A stretch of DNA of 64,000 bases from Podarcis filfolensis. Its lineage: Eukaryota. Made by a program: the position numbers and the translations under genes. A model generated the notes under the pieces. It had not been told where the DNA came from and ran no database searches. It was given only the letters and a program-made list of their open reading frames with translations. The stretch lies in assembly GCA_964270895.1 (NCBI GenBank), contig OZ185441.1. One strand, given 5' to 3'. Positions 1 to 12,854 of this stretch are shown here, piece after piece (positions within the stretch are counted from its first letter, which is position 1; every line of letters starts with the position of its first letter).

Positions 1-3000
1 TGAGACATCTGTCCCGTTTGTTCGATAAAACAATGGATTATGATTGCCATTATGGGAACAACTCTATACAAACCTTGAGCTCATACACTCCGCTGCCACT
101 TCTCCTATTGTGGCACAGCCACAAAGAGAAGATCAGAGATCTTTGGCTTCCAATTTTGACTAATAGCAGCTTGTCATTTTGTCCAAACCAGGACAAACTA
201 TGGTTAATCTTAACTATAGTTTATTAAGGCAAGCTGGCTGTGTAAGCAAAGGTTCAGTGTTGACTTGTTTATATAAAAAACAGATAAATTGTTGTTTTGT
301 CGGAATAAAGACACACTGCAAACTGTAGTTAGTCAAAAGCAGAAGCAAAAACTTCCAGTTCCTTTGCAAATATGCTCAAAGGGGGGGGGGGGTCACATGA
401 GATGGAGATTCATCAAGGGTCATTCCCATAATAATAAACCATAGCTGTTAAGTTCGAACAACCGTAGAACATTTGGTGTTTTATTGAAATATTGGAAGCG
501 TATTGAACTGGGGATGAAATACTACTTAGCATATACTAAATCAATATGCCATAGATTTACTTTTTTAAAAAATGATAATTTAACCATCCTTTGGTTTGAA
601 GTGGGGGGGGGGACGGAATCCATGATGAAATTATGAAATCAAGTCCCAAATTTTCTCCACTAATTCCATTAATTATTGGAAGAACACAAAGCTTAACTAA
701 AAAGCATGAATCATAAGTGGTTTATCATTAAGCGTTTGAATTTAGTGCTATTTTTTAATGCTATGTTGGGGAATCTCATAATAAAAGTCATTTAAATTGT
801 ACATTTTCCTCACTGGATATTGGCCAGGTTTTAGTGAGTTGGCATAAGTAGCTTAAGAGATAAAGATAGCGATTTGTAGCTGAGAAATATAAGTTCCAGG
901 CCAAGCGAGGTGATTTATAGCTTTTTCATCAGGAATCTTCCTTCTCGGGCCAATAAATCTTAGCACTTTTTATTGTTTTAAAAGTTAAAAATGAAAAATT
1001 TAAGGTTCATAGAACATGAAAGACTGTGGAAGTGCTAGAGGCCAAAATAATTTTTATCCATTAATAAACTGCTGTACAGACAAGAGGAGCTAAGGCATTC
1101 CCACCCTTTTCTAGTTGTGTCTCAATTGTAGCATGAAAGACCACCGGCAGGAAAGAATACACGGCATTCTTAACATATTTACATACTTATGAGCCCATCT
1201 TGTCAGTTCCGATCGTCCTTTTCAAACGCTTTCCCTCAGCTTCTCTTGCGTTATTGCTTGACTGGTATGTTTCAGTTTCTACAAGAAGTCCCTCTATCTC
1301 CAAGCCCAGGGTCCTTCCTGTTCTATATGAGGCTGTAAAGAGCAATTTGGCAGGCTGAGCAGTAGGTATCACTGTTTCTTGAACTTCATCCATCTGTTTT
1401 GACAACATAATCCTAGTGAGTGGGTGGGTTGTACCCAGACCTGGTTCCGGGTCTTGAAGGCACATCCTCATCTGCAAGACTTAAGCCCATGTGACTGCAG
1501 CTTGACAGTCACCCTCACTCACGTGCCCACTCACCCAAGTTGGCAGGTGGCAGTGGTGACCAAGAGCAACAGTCGTGGCCCAGAGAATCAGACAGATAGC
1601 ACAAGGTGGCTTCTTTTCCTAGCCACCATTACCACTTGCTCAGTGGCTTGCTTGGGAAAGCAAACAGACTGTGCCCCTTTCCTCATGAGTTGTGGTGGCT
1701 GCTCCTAACAGATGTTGCCACTCACCATTTCATTTCTTTGGGCAGGCAAAAGAAGATCAATGGCAAGTAGCAGCTGCTGCCACCTTCTGCCCCTGCCTGG
1801 AAGAGAAATGTGAGGTGGTGGTGGTGCTATGCAGTGTGGGGAAAGGATTGATAGCGCTCACTCCTGTGGCTGTAGTGGGACTTCACACTAGCTCACAAAC
1901 CATTGATTCCCATTAATGATGGCATATTCCTCCATTCTAGAAATCTCCTCCACATAGTTTTCTGATATGCAAGGGAGAAGCATTATAATCTGCCCTTCTA
2001 CCTGACATGCTAGGTACTTTTTTGCAGATGGGGAATGGTCCAGGTGGGAGGAACCCATCATGTGAGTGACCGCCCACCTGCAGTCTGAAGTGGCACGGCC
2101 CAAATGCAGGTTGAACATTTCAGTGAGAACTAGCACATTCTTCTGCAGTCAGTTATGCTCATACACATACATGGTGAGGGAGGAGAGCAAGACTATGAAT
2201 TTAAAAGCAAACTGCATTCAAATTTCAAGAATGTTTTTAATTCAGTAAGAACGCATAATAAAGTCATAGCAGTGTCAGACCTAATTAAAATGAAAATTAA
2301 TCATTGAAGGGGAAGAACATCACTAACCAGATTGTGAAGAGGGAAAGGCGAAGTGATTTCATATTTCTCTTACTGTAGCAATAATGAATTTCAAATGATC
2401 AAAAAACAAACAAATAAACCCAAAAACCTCCCAGCAGTTTCTTGATCTGGCTGTAATAATTAATGAAATGAATACATTCTTGTTTTAATCAGTTTCAAAG
2501 CATGTTTCATGTGTTTTAATATCAGGCATTTCGTGTAATTTTAAAAATAGAAAATATTCATAGGAACAATAGGATAAATGCATTGATTTTCATTTAGTTA
2601 TACATTAGCTAATAAAAAATTCAGATAGGACTGCCATAGAATATATATTTTTATTGAAGTTTTACTGTGGAAATATATAGTTCCACAGGTAAGCGTAGTT
2701 TGCCTGAACATAAAATTGCAGTAGCTACATCTAAAAAAAGAGAGAGTATAATATTAAAAATATGTCAGTCGGCCCCTTTTTATTTTTCAAGTTTTATGGA
2801 TATACCTTTTGAGCTGAATAGAGCTGATGTTGGCATATGAAACTAATACACAAATACTTCACTGTGTTTCGGGTTTTTACAATCGCATAACTATGGTGAC
2901 CATCTGCAGCAGCTGCATTTTACGAATTATTTGCTGAAGCAAATGGCGTACAATGACAAAAAGTAGTCATCTCAGATGGACTGTTAAAACAGACAAAATA

Positions 3001-4691
3001 GCATTGCTTGCCTTTTATACAGAATGGCCATCTGCTATACAGATGTTATAATAAGGAATGACTTCAGATTCAATAATTGTAGAAAATGTTCATTAAAACC
3101 TCAACAATTTGCACTTGTTTACTTGAATCTGCATAATTCTCCCATGAGACAACACAACACACTTGGTTTTTTATTTTAGTTCTCACTAGCATTGGCTTTG
3201 ATCCTTTTTGATGTGCTGACTTTAATAAACATAGTCAAAAGGCGCTGTTCAGAAAACATCATGGAAAAAACTACAAAGGAACAATTATAGCAGCAGAAAC
3301 TACTCTAATCCCTTACTTACGCAAGCTATTTTTAGTGAAATATGTTTTTTTACAAATTTTATTTGACAGTATTTTATAAACAGTGTAAAAGGCCTCTTTT
3401 CCAGATGAGTCTTTGTGTAAGAGATGGAAGTTGGTTTGTAATGTAAGAAGAATCTTATGTGCCGAGAACCATTTTTAAAACCCTCGCTTGGGAATGTGTT
3501 GTAGGCATGTTTCCTCCTTCGTGGAGGCAAAAACAAGAGCTTATGACCTCGACTAATGACTTTAAAAGAGTTTTGATTAACTGATAACCTTGCATTAAAA
3601 TATTCCCCCCCAGATATTACTAATTAGGACCTTTTAATCAGGAATTTTAATAGCTAGGTTTTTGTCCTACTTTGTACTTTTATAATTCTGAAAAATGTGG
3701 TTTCCTTTTACTAGTTGTAACTTATATATTTTTTCTTTAAAAATGACAACAACACCTCGATCCATGTAGAGAAATTCCACCCGCAGAACATGCTCTGAGG
3801 GATCCTGCTTGCAGAGCCACTGCTTGAGTCTTCTGTGTGCAGAAACTCGAGCTAGCAGAATTCCACATGTTTAAACAGACACATTGGTGACGCATGCCTT
3901 GTGGTTATGTAGTCTGTTCTTCCGCTTGGAGCTAATCACGTTTCATATTTATGTGTGAAATGTTTATAATGCTTAATGTAATAATAAAAAATAAGTGGTT
4001 TACATAAAAACAATAACATTCCTAAAAGCTAGATGAAAATAAGATTTAAAACAACACAACTGTATATGGCAAACTGAGCAACACACAAAACAAAAAGCAA
4101 AGTGTTAGAAGTTGCCCCACTAAGCACCCTAGCATTTTGCACAGGCTGTAACTTCCAAGCTAGGTGCAAGTGGAGCTCCACAGATAGCACATTAAAGTAA
4201 TCTAATCATAATGCTCCCAATGCATGGGTCACCATGGCAAGACAGTCCCTGTCCAGGAACAATCATAGTTGGTGTTGTGCACTCTGAACCACTGAGGTCA
4301 CCTGTGTCCCTAGAGACAGCAATAACTGGCTATAGGAGTGTCCTCAGACTATGCACCTATAGAGGAAATGCAACGCTATTCAGAGCTGGTGCACAATCCA
4401 TTCCTGGACCTGGGAACTAGCTACCCATCCATAGGATATTTGCCTTGTCTAGATTCAGCCCACGACTGCATCCAGGCAGCAGTTTAACACCTGCTCAGCC
4501 TATTCTGATCCAGATGTTACTGAGCAAAAGAGTTGGAATCATCAGTATGCTGGTAACACCTTACCCCAAATCTCCTTGAGATGTCTCCTGGAGACCTCAT
4601 ACAGATATTTAATAAGATTGGAGTTATTAAATGGAATTGGGTCTTGAGTTCTATACCAAGCTTTTAAAAATGTATATTCTGTTTACAATTA

Positions 4692-4933
4692 CAGTGGTAC
4701 CTCAGGTTACATACGCTTCAGGTTACATGTGCTTCAGGTTACATACGCCGCTAACCCAGAAATAGTGCTTCAGGTTAAGAACTTTGCTTCAGGTTGAGAA
4801 CACAAATCGTGCTCCGGCGGCGCGGCGGCAGCAGGAGGCCCCATTAGCTAAAGTGGTGCTTCAGGTTAAGAACAGTTTCAGGTTAAGTACGGACCTCCGG
4901 AACGAATTAAGTACTTAACCCGAGGTACCACTG
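4692..4933 (+). mobile_element. Tigger/pogo-like MITE, subfamily A (TCAGGTTA/TCGGGTTA motif), 242 bp
   Basis: TIR CAGTGGTACCTC...GAGGTACCACTG, TA on both sides, about 7 internal tcaggtt repeats. Confidence 0.9.
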
Positions 4934-6321
4934 TATTATTTAACTTTTCAATGCAAACAAGAGGTATCTACGTCAAATAGATGTGTGTATTATATGGCTC
5001 CAACTTACAATGCATTAGTATTATTATCTCATTTTCTAATATTCTTGAAAACTCCTCTTATCCTTTCGCCTCAGAGGAGGGAGACCTTCCCCTCTTCCAC
5101 CCCCCCCCTAAAAACTCTGTAATCCAACCAGCTTTACTCAGCATGCAAGCAGTAGCTGGTTCTGGCAGTGGTCTAACCAAAAATACCATGGCACAGCTAG
5201 GAGATGGGGCAGGCCATGAAGAAGAGGCTCGTGACAGGCTGTGACACTGAAGCCCATAGCCCACTGGTGGGTCCTAGGCCACTTCCGCTATGAGGAAGGT
5301 TGTAGCATTTTGGAACTTTTCCCTTTTTGGTTTAGAGTAAAGGCAAGTAAGATACGTCATGATAAAAGAAAATTAAGGTGTTGCTTATAACCAGTTTGTG
5401 GTTAAAGTTAGGTCTTTGTTTATAAAAATATTTATACGGTATAAACCTTCTAAAAATGGCGGGTTGTTGGTTTTTTTTTTGTTTCCTTTGGTGCACCTCA
5501 AAATTATGCAAGCAAAGCTATAAATACATTTTGCAAACAGTTAGTCCTTAAATGGTCTTGAGGTGGAAGGAAGGAGGAGTGATATATGCATTCTGCAAAG
5601 TGAAAGGATCCATTTAAAACAACAAACCTCTTTAGCCAGAAAGGACTTCAGTGCCTTGGGCTAGAGAAGGAAATGTAGTGAACTGTATAGCTGCACTTCA
5701 GAATAACATCTGTTGTGGTTTTTATTGTGTGTGATATTTTATCTTTAAATATTCAGTAACACAAACCAAAAAATAGTCTGAATTTCTTCAAAATTCTTCA
5801 AAATGTAGTGCAGTGGAAATATTTGCAAAATATTAGAAATCAGAGTGGTTAATGATGAGTATTGAGCAGAAAACATTCTTCCCCAACTGAGAATTAACTG
5901 GTTCTCATGAGAGAACTCTACTAAGATGTTGCAATGGCCCTTGGATGCTTCAGATCTATAAGTTAGCCTAAGGAGAAATAAAACATCAAATTAATTTTGA
6001 CTACCTAAAATAATATGCTAGAGTAACAATCCATTTACAGCACCCAGAAGACCTTTGTTACTTTTAGAAAGAACTGTAAACTCTTTCCAACACTTGAACA
6101 ATAGGAAATGAATTCTTTGTCAGTAAAAGCCAGAGGACAAACTAAACATTTTAATGGCCACCGAGGATTGAAGTGGAAGTTCAGCCTGTAGACAGCTATA
6201 CAAATCACTAACGAACCGTAATGAATATTGGGTGCAGGCATCAGGGTCCTGTCAGTTTTGACACTGTGTCCCAAGTAGCTTAAACACAACACTCAAGGAA
6301 AGGTGGAGACCTCATCAGGTC

Positions 6322-6501
6322 NNNNNNNNNNNNNNNNNNNNNNNNNNNNNNNNNNNNNNNNNNNNNNNNNNNNNNNNNNNNNNNNNNNNNNNNNNNNNNN
6401 NNNNNNNNNNNNNNNNNNNNNNNNNNNNNNNNNNNNNNNNNNNNNNNNNNNNNNNNNNNNNNNNNNNNNNNNNNNNNNNNNNNNNNNNNNNNNNNNNNNN
6501 N
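6322..6501. other. N-run, 180 nt (gap or masked sequence)
   Basis: Counted Ns. Confidence 0.98.
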
Positions 6502-8384
6502 TAAATGTAGGAGGGAAGAACAGATGGCCTAAAATCCATGAAATCAGACACCACCTAATCCCAGGACTGAGTACCACTATTAATCCTGGTCAGGTTCCCT
6601 ACTGTTACTTTATAATAGAGTTCAGAGTTGCTACTGATGAACTGGCATGTCCTATCCCCCCCCCCCAAATAAATACAAATTAACTGTAGCTTGCTGATTT
6701 TGGGAAAGAAAACGCTCAAAAGATATATGCCCATTAAAACTGTGGTTCCACCTGCCAGTTCACTTAGGAAAGTGCAAAGCAGGGATGACATTCAGATGGA
6801 CTGATCTTAAACTATTTTGTTCCTTTCAAAACGTTTCCCCCCCTTACTGTTACATTCATAATGGATGTAATCGCATATCCTCTGAGAAAGGAACATTTTG
6901 TTTATTAAATTGATGTATGTGCTGTGCATGACATTGGTACGTTGGAGTCCTGGACCTGACACATTATATTTTACTATTATAAAACTACTATCAGAATATT
7001 GTTAGCTGTAAAGTTATACTTTGCTGGAACAGCTGGGATCTAGTAAATAGAAGATGGAAGGGAGACTCCCGAGATTAGGGACACAATCTTCCAGAAACTT
7101 TTTCTGCACATGCTTTAAGAGGGGTTTGCCCTACAGAAAAATGGAAAGTGTACTTAGGAGTATTGCTACATTAAAATGTTCTGTCTGAACTGAATTTAAC
7201 AACCACTCCCATATTGTCATTTCCTTACTTCCCAGTTGGGTAGTAATAAACTACTATACTATTTTCAAGCATAAGGCTTAATTGTTTTGAACTGCATTCT
7301 TGTAGTCATTTATTTAGTAGATCATTCTATGCATAAAATAGTAGTTGACTGAAGGTGAAAAAGTGTCCAGAATTAGGGCAGTATTTGCTGTGAACCAAGT
7401 TGCTGAAACAATAAATAAATCAAAAATTATCAAATCACTGGCTATCTTGTGATTTCCAGGCTGTTTAGCGTTCAGTATTGAACATGATGTACCTGCTTAG
7501 CCTTGCTTAAATGGAGATGAGCTCATTTCATAAAGATAACCATCTCTGACTTTGCTTCTGATTCATCACTGGCCTGAACTCCACTTGAACCTTGTTAGAC
7601 ACAAAACAAGCAGGACTCCTGGCCCAGGCTATAAAATATAATTAAGCCCTTTTGAAAAGATGCGTAAGAGAGCATTGCTGTCTGCCCCTCAATATATATC
7701 CCACTACCGCCAGCACAGCCAATAAAGTTAAATCAAGCACTGCCTGCAATGGATTAAAGGAATAGATGTTCCTGAATTCTTTGTGTTTGAAGTACTTGAA
7801 GAAAATACATGCTCAAGCTGCCAGAGCTGCTGTAATGCAGGAGGGACATACATTAATGATGAATTCAAGGATTTGGTCTGTTCAAGGTCATTAATTTCTG
7901 TTTACCATTGGTAACACATCTTGTGTTTTTACAGAGCCCACATGTGGCCATATACAATGCTGAAAAACTCTCTCGGTGAAGAATGGTTAATTGGTAATGC
8001 AGAAATATAGTACTCTTGGGGAGAATGAACCATCACAAGACTCTGTTTCACACTAATGAGAAATCCAGTAGTCTAATTCATTGTACTCGATCATTGCTAG
8101 CATTTTCACTTAACTTGATGTCTTCTGTTTCTTTGCTGATGGTGTTGGTCTGGTCATTCCATTTAGCACACAATTTCTGTTAACTGGTGTACCTGCTCAA
8201 CAGCTCTGTTCTTTCATCTTTTAATATTCAAGTGTGAGAGTCTCTGCATAATCTTTTGAAACCCCATTGACCATTTAAAATTGGACAGTGGGAGGATCCG
8301 AGAAAGAACACATCTATATGGGGACAGCGCTTCCTTTGAGCACTTGCAGTGACCAGAGACCCTTTCAGGGAGTAAATAACTGCA

Positions 8385-8692
8385 TCAGAAGGTCGGCGGT
8401 TTGAATCTCCGTGACAGGGTGAGCTTCCGTTGCTCAGTCCCTGCTCCTGCCAACCTAGCAGTTTGAAAGCACGTCAAAGTGCAAGTAGATAAATAGGTAC
8501 TGCTCTGGCGGGAAGGTAAACGGTGTTTCCGTGCGCTGCTCTGGTTCGTCAGAAGCAGCTTAGTCATGCTGGCCACATGACCTGGAAGCTGTACACCGGC
8601 TCCCTTGGCCAATAAAGCGAGATGAGCGCCGCAACCCCAGAGTCTGCCATGACTGGACCTAATGGTCAGGGGTCCCTTTACCTTTACCTTTA
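8385..8692 (+). mobile_element. Sauria-type SINE, 5'-truncated
   Basis: B-box-like ggtttgaatc, body gtgcaagtagataaataggtac, (ACCTTT)n tail. Confidence 0.88.
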
Positions 8693-8706
8693 TCCCTCAT
8701 TAGTTT

Positions 8707-8862
8707 TAAGAGCATAAGCCCATTAGAGATGGATCAGGCCAATGGCCAATGTAGTCCAGCATCCTGTTCTTATAGTGGCCAACTATGGAAAGCCTGCAAG
8801 CAGGAATTGAACACAACAGCAATCTCCCCATGTGGTTCCCATTAACTGGGATTCACAGGCAG
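8707..8862 (-). mobile_element. CR1 3' UTR fragment
   Basis: Reverse complement of the same UTR seen at 46100-46228 and 16436. Confidence 0.7.
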
Positions 8863-9053
8863 TGGCGGCTAGTATTGGCTGTGGAATGGGAATGAAGCAG
8901 GCTTACTTTTCGTCTTGCTTGTAGACCAAAAACAAGCCGGATGTAGCTTGAAGGCATTATAGATTTTGTGGAAGAGTTGCAAGAGAATGAAATGGAAAGG
9001 CGAAGGGTGCTCTAAGATTTCCTCCTCCTTACAGTATAACATACAAATATAAT

Positions 9054-9092
9054 TATGTATGTATGTATGTATGTATGTATGTATGTATGTAT
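9054..9092. repeat. (TATG)n microsatellite
   Basis: Read directly. Confidence 0.95.
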
Positions 9093-12000
9093 ACTCAAAT
9101 ACCCTGGGGAAAATACAAAATACATGAACCACTGGAATTTTGCTGTTTGCGAATAGAAGACCCTTGCCCTTACTTATTTGCTCCTCTCAACTATCACTGT
9201 GCAACATGTTTTAGTATCTCATTTTCAGCAAAGATAAATAAGTCAAATGGTGGAGGGCAGCCTTTGGTTTTATAGGATTTTAATAATTCAGTCTTGATGT
9301 AATTGTCATGCAAATCAGCTTCTGGATAGTCTCCATCCACAGACTTGCGGATTTGTCAAGTGGTCCTAAATCATTTCCAGCTGTATAAAGAATACCTGGA
9401 TATTCTTTGCTAACATATGTCATCCCAGACTAATCTTTATAATGACATACAGAAGCCTCGTTGTAAAGAAGCCCGATTGTCTCTTGCTCCATCAGCACGG
9501 TGGTACATCCGAGTGCTATTATAGATCAAAGCAGAGCCTGACAATGTAAGGCTGGCAGCATTTTGTAAACATCATCCAAACCAAGTGCTTCATTTTTATT
9601 AGTCTCCTGAAGGGCTATTTTTAAAAGTCGTGAAACTGCTTGCTCCTCGTGCTAAATTATTGCGCTCCCTGAAAAGTATGCGAGGGCACAGCGAGCGGCG
9701 ATGCGAGCCGAGTGTGTTAACTTCTGGATATCACAACAGTCGTTTGCGAAGATACATTGATTCAGTGAGCTGCCATATCAGGTTGAGTTGAAATTGTTGC
9801 CATGATTTAATCTGTTTAAAGGGAAGAACAAATTCTACGGTCGGTTTTTGAGGGAGGCCGGAGGAAGCTGTATAAAGTCCTTCGGGTGAGTGGGAAGGGG
9901 AATTTCACTTCATTTCATCTTTTCAAGTGGAGCTATTCAGTCCTAGGAAAGTAACCTTATAAGTTCAGCTCATACTTTGTAATTCGACCAGGTGCTTAGA
10001 AATCCTAAAATAAGACTCTGGGCACACTGATATATGTTCCATTGGTGCTTCTGCGCTTCTTTCCTTTAGGATGCAAATTCCGTTTGTCCACACATGGCAG
10101 CCTATTGAGATTTCTCTGAATGTGATGCTCCACTGAAAGAAGCTTTACTAAAGCCCATGCCTTATTTCACTCACCATTATTCTTGTTGTATGTTCATAGC
10201 TGTCTGTCTTCAGCTGTTTTTAAAGTACTTACTCCGTTAACCCTCTCATGATTGCACTTTGTGTGACTTCTGACTGAATATTCCCCTTCATTAGGTGCGC
10301 TGTGATTTATATAGCAAGATTTATTTCACCTCAAAGACGGAACAGAACAGCTGAAGAAGAAAGTTATAATGTCCTTGAGGAAAATTCTGGCTCTTAGTAA
10401 GATTAAAATAAAAGAATACATTTCAAAATTGTCCTGCATCCCAGTGCAGTTCTTTTGCACAATGTAAATCATCATCGGTTGAAATTCATAGAGCCTTTTT
10501 CTTTTATAGATCATTGGGGCTTGAATAAAATTCATACCACTTGGAATGTCTCTTTATCACTATCCCACCTAATTGAAAATACAGTATATTCCAGCATTGA
10601 TGCTGTTGTAGGCTTCTAGATATGCCCTTTGGTGAAAAGTATACAAGGCTTTTCTTGGATCAGGCTTTGTGGTATAATATTTTTACAGGGCCAAGCAAGC
10701 CAAGTGACCATTTCAGCTATGCCAAGGAAGCAGAATTTGCCCCGGGATCCCTTTCAGCATTAGAGGACAGTTTGGGAACATCACAAGGGATTGTGGGCAC
10801 ACCCATCTGGTCACACGTGTTGATGTTTAGGGCAGTAGAAAAGTTTTGGGGTGGTTCTGTGGCTCAACAGTGATTTAAATAATAGGTAATAGGCCTCAGC
10901 TTTTATGGCCCACTCCCATTTATGTTTAGTGATGGTAGGACTTGGTTAACCAGGATCCCTGGATAGCCATAGCTGCATTTATTACAAGCAGTGAAAGGGT
11001 GCTTGGGTTGCATTACGTAATTCTGCATTGCAAAAAATGCTTCTGGTCCTCAGAAATAAACCTTTCAGAAGTAGATGTGGACCAAAAGGGGCTGAAGAGG
11101 AAGGTCCTTATCTCTGGAACATTGCATTGCTCTATCTTAGTAGCTTTCTGCTATTAGCTAAAGACACATGCAGGTTGCATGTTGATATTAAAGGGTTGCA
11201 TGTTCATGGGCAACAGCCTGGTAACAATTTTGTTGCAATGAGTACTGCACCTAGGGAAGGAAATGGGGGTGGTTTCCCTCTCTCATTTCTCTTTCTTCAG
11301 ATACCTCATTAGAGTCCTAATGAGATCTTAAAAGGGGAAGTACTGAGGGAGGAAGCTTTATTAGAAGCAAGGAACAAAGGATATATGTATCCCTTTGTGA
11401 CATGATTTTAAGAGGGCAATGGCATAGAAGAGCAGGGAAGTGAGGGAGCATGGCTCCAGTACTTTTTTCATTGCAGGAGTGGTTATGTCACTTGCAGGAG
11501 CACTAGTTGCCAGAGCTGAAAACTTGTGAGTTTCATTCATTTACCCGGCAAAAGCCTCTTCCGCACTGTTTTAAAAGACCTAAAGATTTATTGGTTCTTT
11601 ACTTTTAGAAAGTAGCATTTTTAGTCCCTCTTTGGTGGTGTTTTCATGGAAGTTGTCACCATGAGCTCCTGCACTTCAAAATTTACCACTAGCCCAGTGT
11701 TTGGAGAAATCCATTCAGGTAGGCAGCAATAGGTTGGCATAATAGAATTCTGACCTCCTGCCTGCTTCCTTCTCTGAACATGCATAGTCAAGAGCCTGCT
11801 TCCAAATCTCTTTTATGACAGAGGACCTGAGTGAGTCAGGCATGTACTGCACTTGTGCACAGTTGTGTTTTAGCTGTGGGTAGAGGAAGGTAGCTTCCAT
11901 TGCATTTCCTACTATTTTTATTTATATCAGCCTCTTACACGTTGGTGGTGCTGTTTTCCCTACACGAGAATTGGCACTCACACCTGTACAGCGGAGGGAT

Positions 12001-12821
12001 GATCGCACTGGCCAATGGTCAGTTAGAGTATAGGGCAACTTCTTGTGTTATGTGAACCTGTGGTCCACTCTGGGTCTCTTAACCGCGGTTTAAAAGAAGT
12101 CCCCTATTAGGATTGCACTGTCTCTGTGAAGACTGTGAATCCGGTGCCTGTGTGGCTTTGCTTTGTCATGTGCGCCATTTTGTAATCCATGTACAGATGT
12201 TCTTTGACAGAGGCACCTGAGCAACACTTGGTTTGGGGCCTGAGATTTTTCCATTCTTGCTATCAAATTCAATAAAAGCTTTGTGCAAATATTCATTGCC
12301 AAAAAATAAAAAAATGGCTTGTGCACATTATTGTTCTGTAACATAAACCTTATTCTTAAGGAGCAATAATTCAATACATTTATGAAATTATTCTTGGCAT
12401 GATAGTTACATTTGGAAATTTACATTAAGGAAGCAGACCCATTTTCCCTAATTTCTAAAAAAGATTCATAAGCAAATCCTTCTTCTGCTTCTTCCTCCCC
12501 CAGCACATATTTGACACAGGTGTGTCTACATTATACATGGGATAGAGTTTTGACTTATTAGAGTTCATTTTTTTAGCAGACATTTGAAAATCCCATTCTC
12601 TAAAACAGCTGTCTGTTGTAGGCCCTAGGTGTTTTCTTAATCTTTCATTTTTTATAAATATTAAATTACTTTAGAAAAATAAGCCTTAAGCGTTACAAAT
12701 TATGTATGCCGAAATTTAATATTCACAAAGATAATTCAAAATATGAATAGCAAAGTTGGTAGTGGAGGGGAAGACTCCCTGATCCTTAAGTCCAGTGTTA
12801 CACAATTTAATCTCCTAAAGT

Positions 12822-12854
12822 GTGGATGGATGGATGGATGGGTGGGTGGGTGGG
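12822..12854. repeat. (TGGA)n-(TGGG)n compound microsatellite
   Basis: Read directly. Confidence 0.9.

Noticed and set aside
1140-2200. GC-richer block with minus-strand ORFs (96 aa, 82 aa), possibly a decayed retroelement
   Set aside because: No diagnostic RT, integrase, gag or ORF1 motif that I could confirm; left unassigned.
4692-4933. Regularly repeated short motifs inside MITEs considered as a CRISPR-like array
   Set aside because: Repeats are about 8-12 bp with irregular spacing inside TIR/TA-bounded elements in vertebrate DNA; they are transposon subterminal repeats.
6103-6135. Peptide NSLSVKA resembling the end of the preceding VPS13B exon (NGSLSVKA)
   Set aside because: There is an in-frame stop just upstream, no matching donor, and no further similarity; coincidence.
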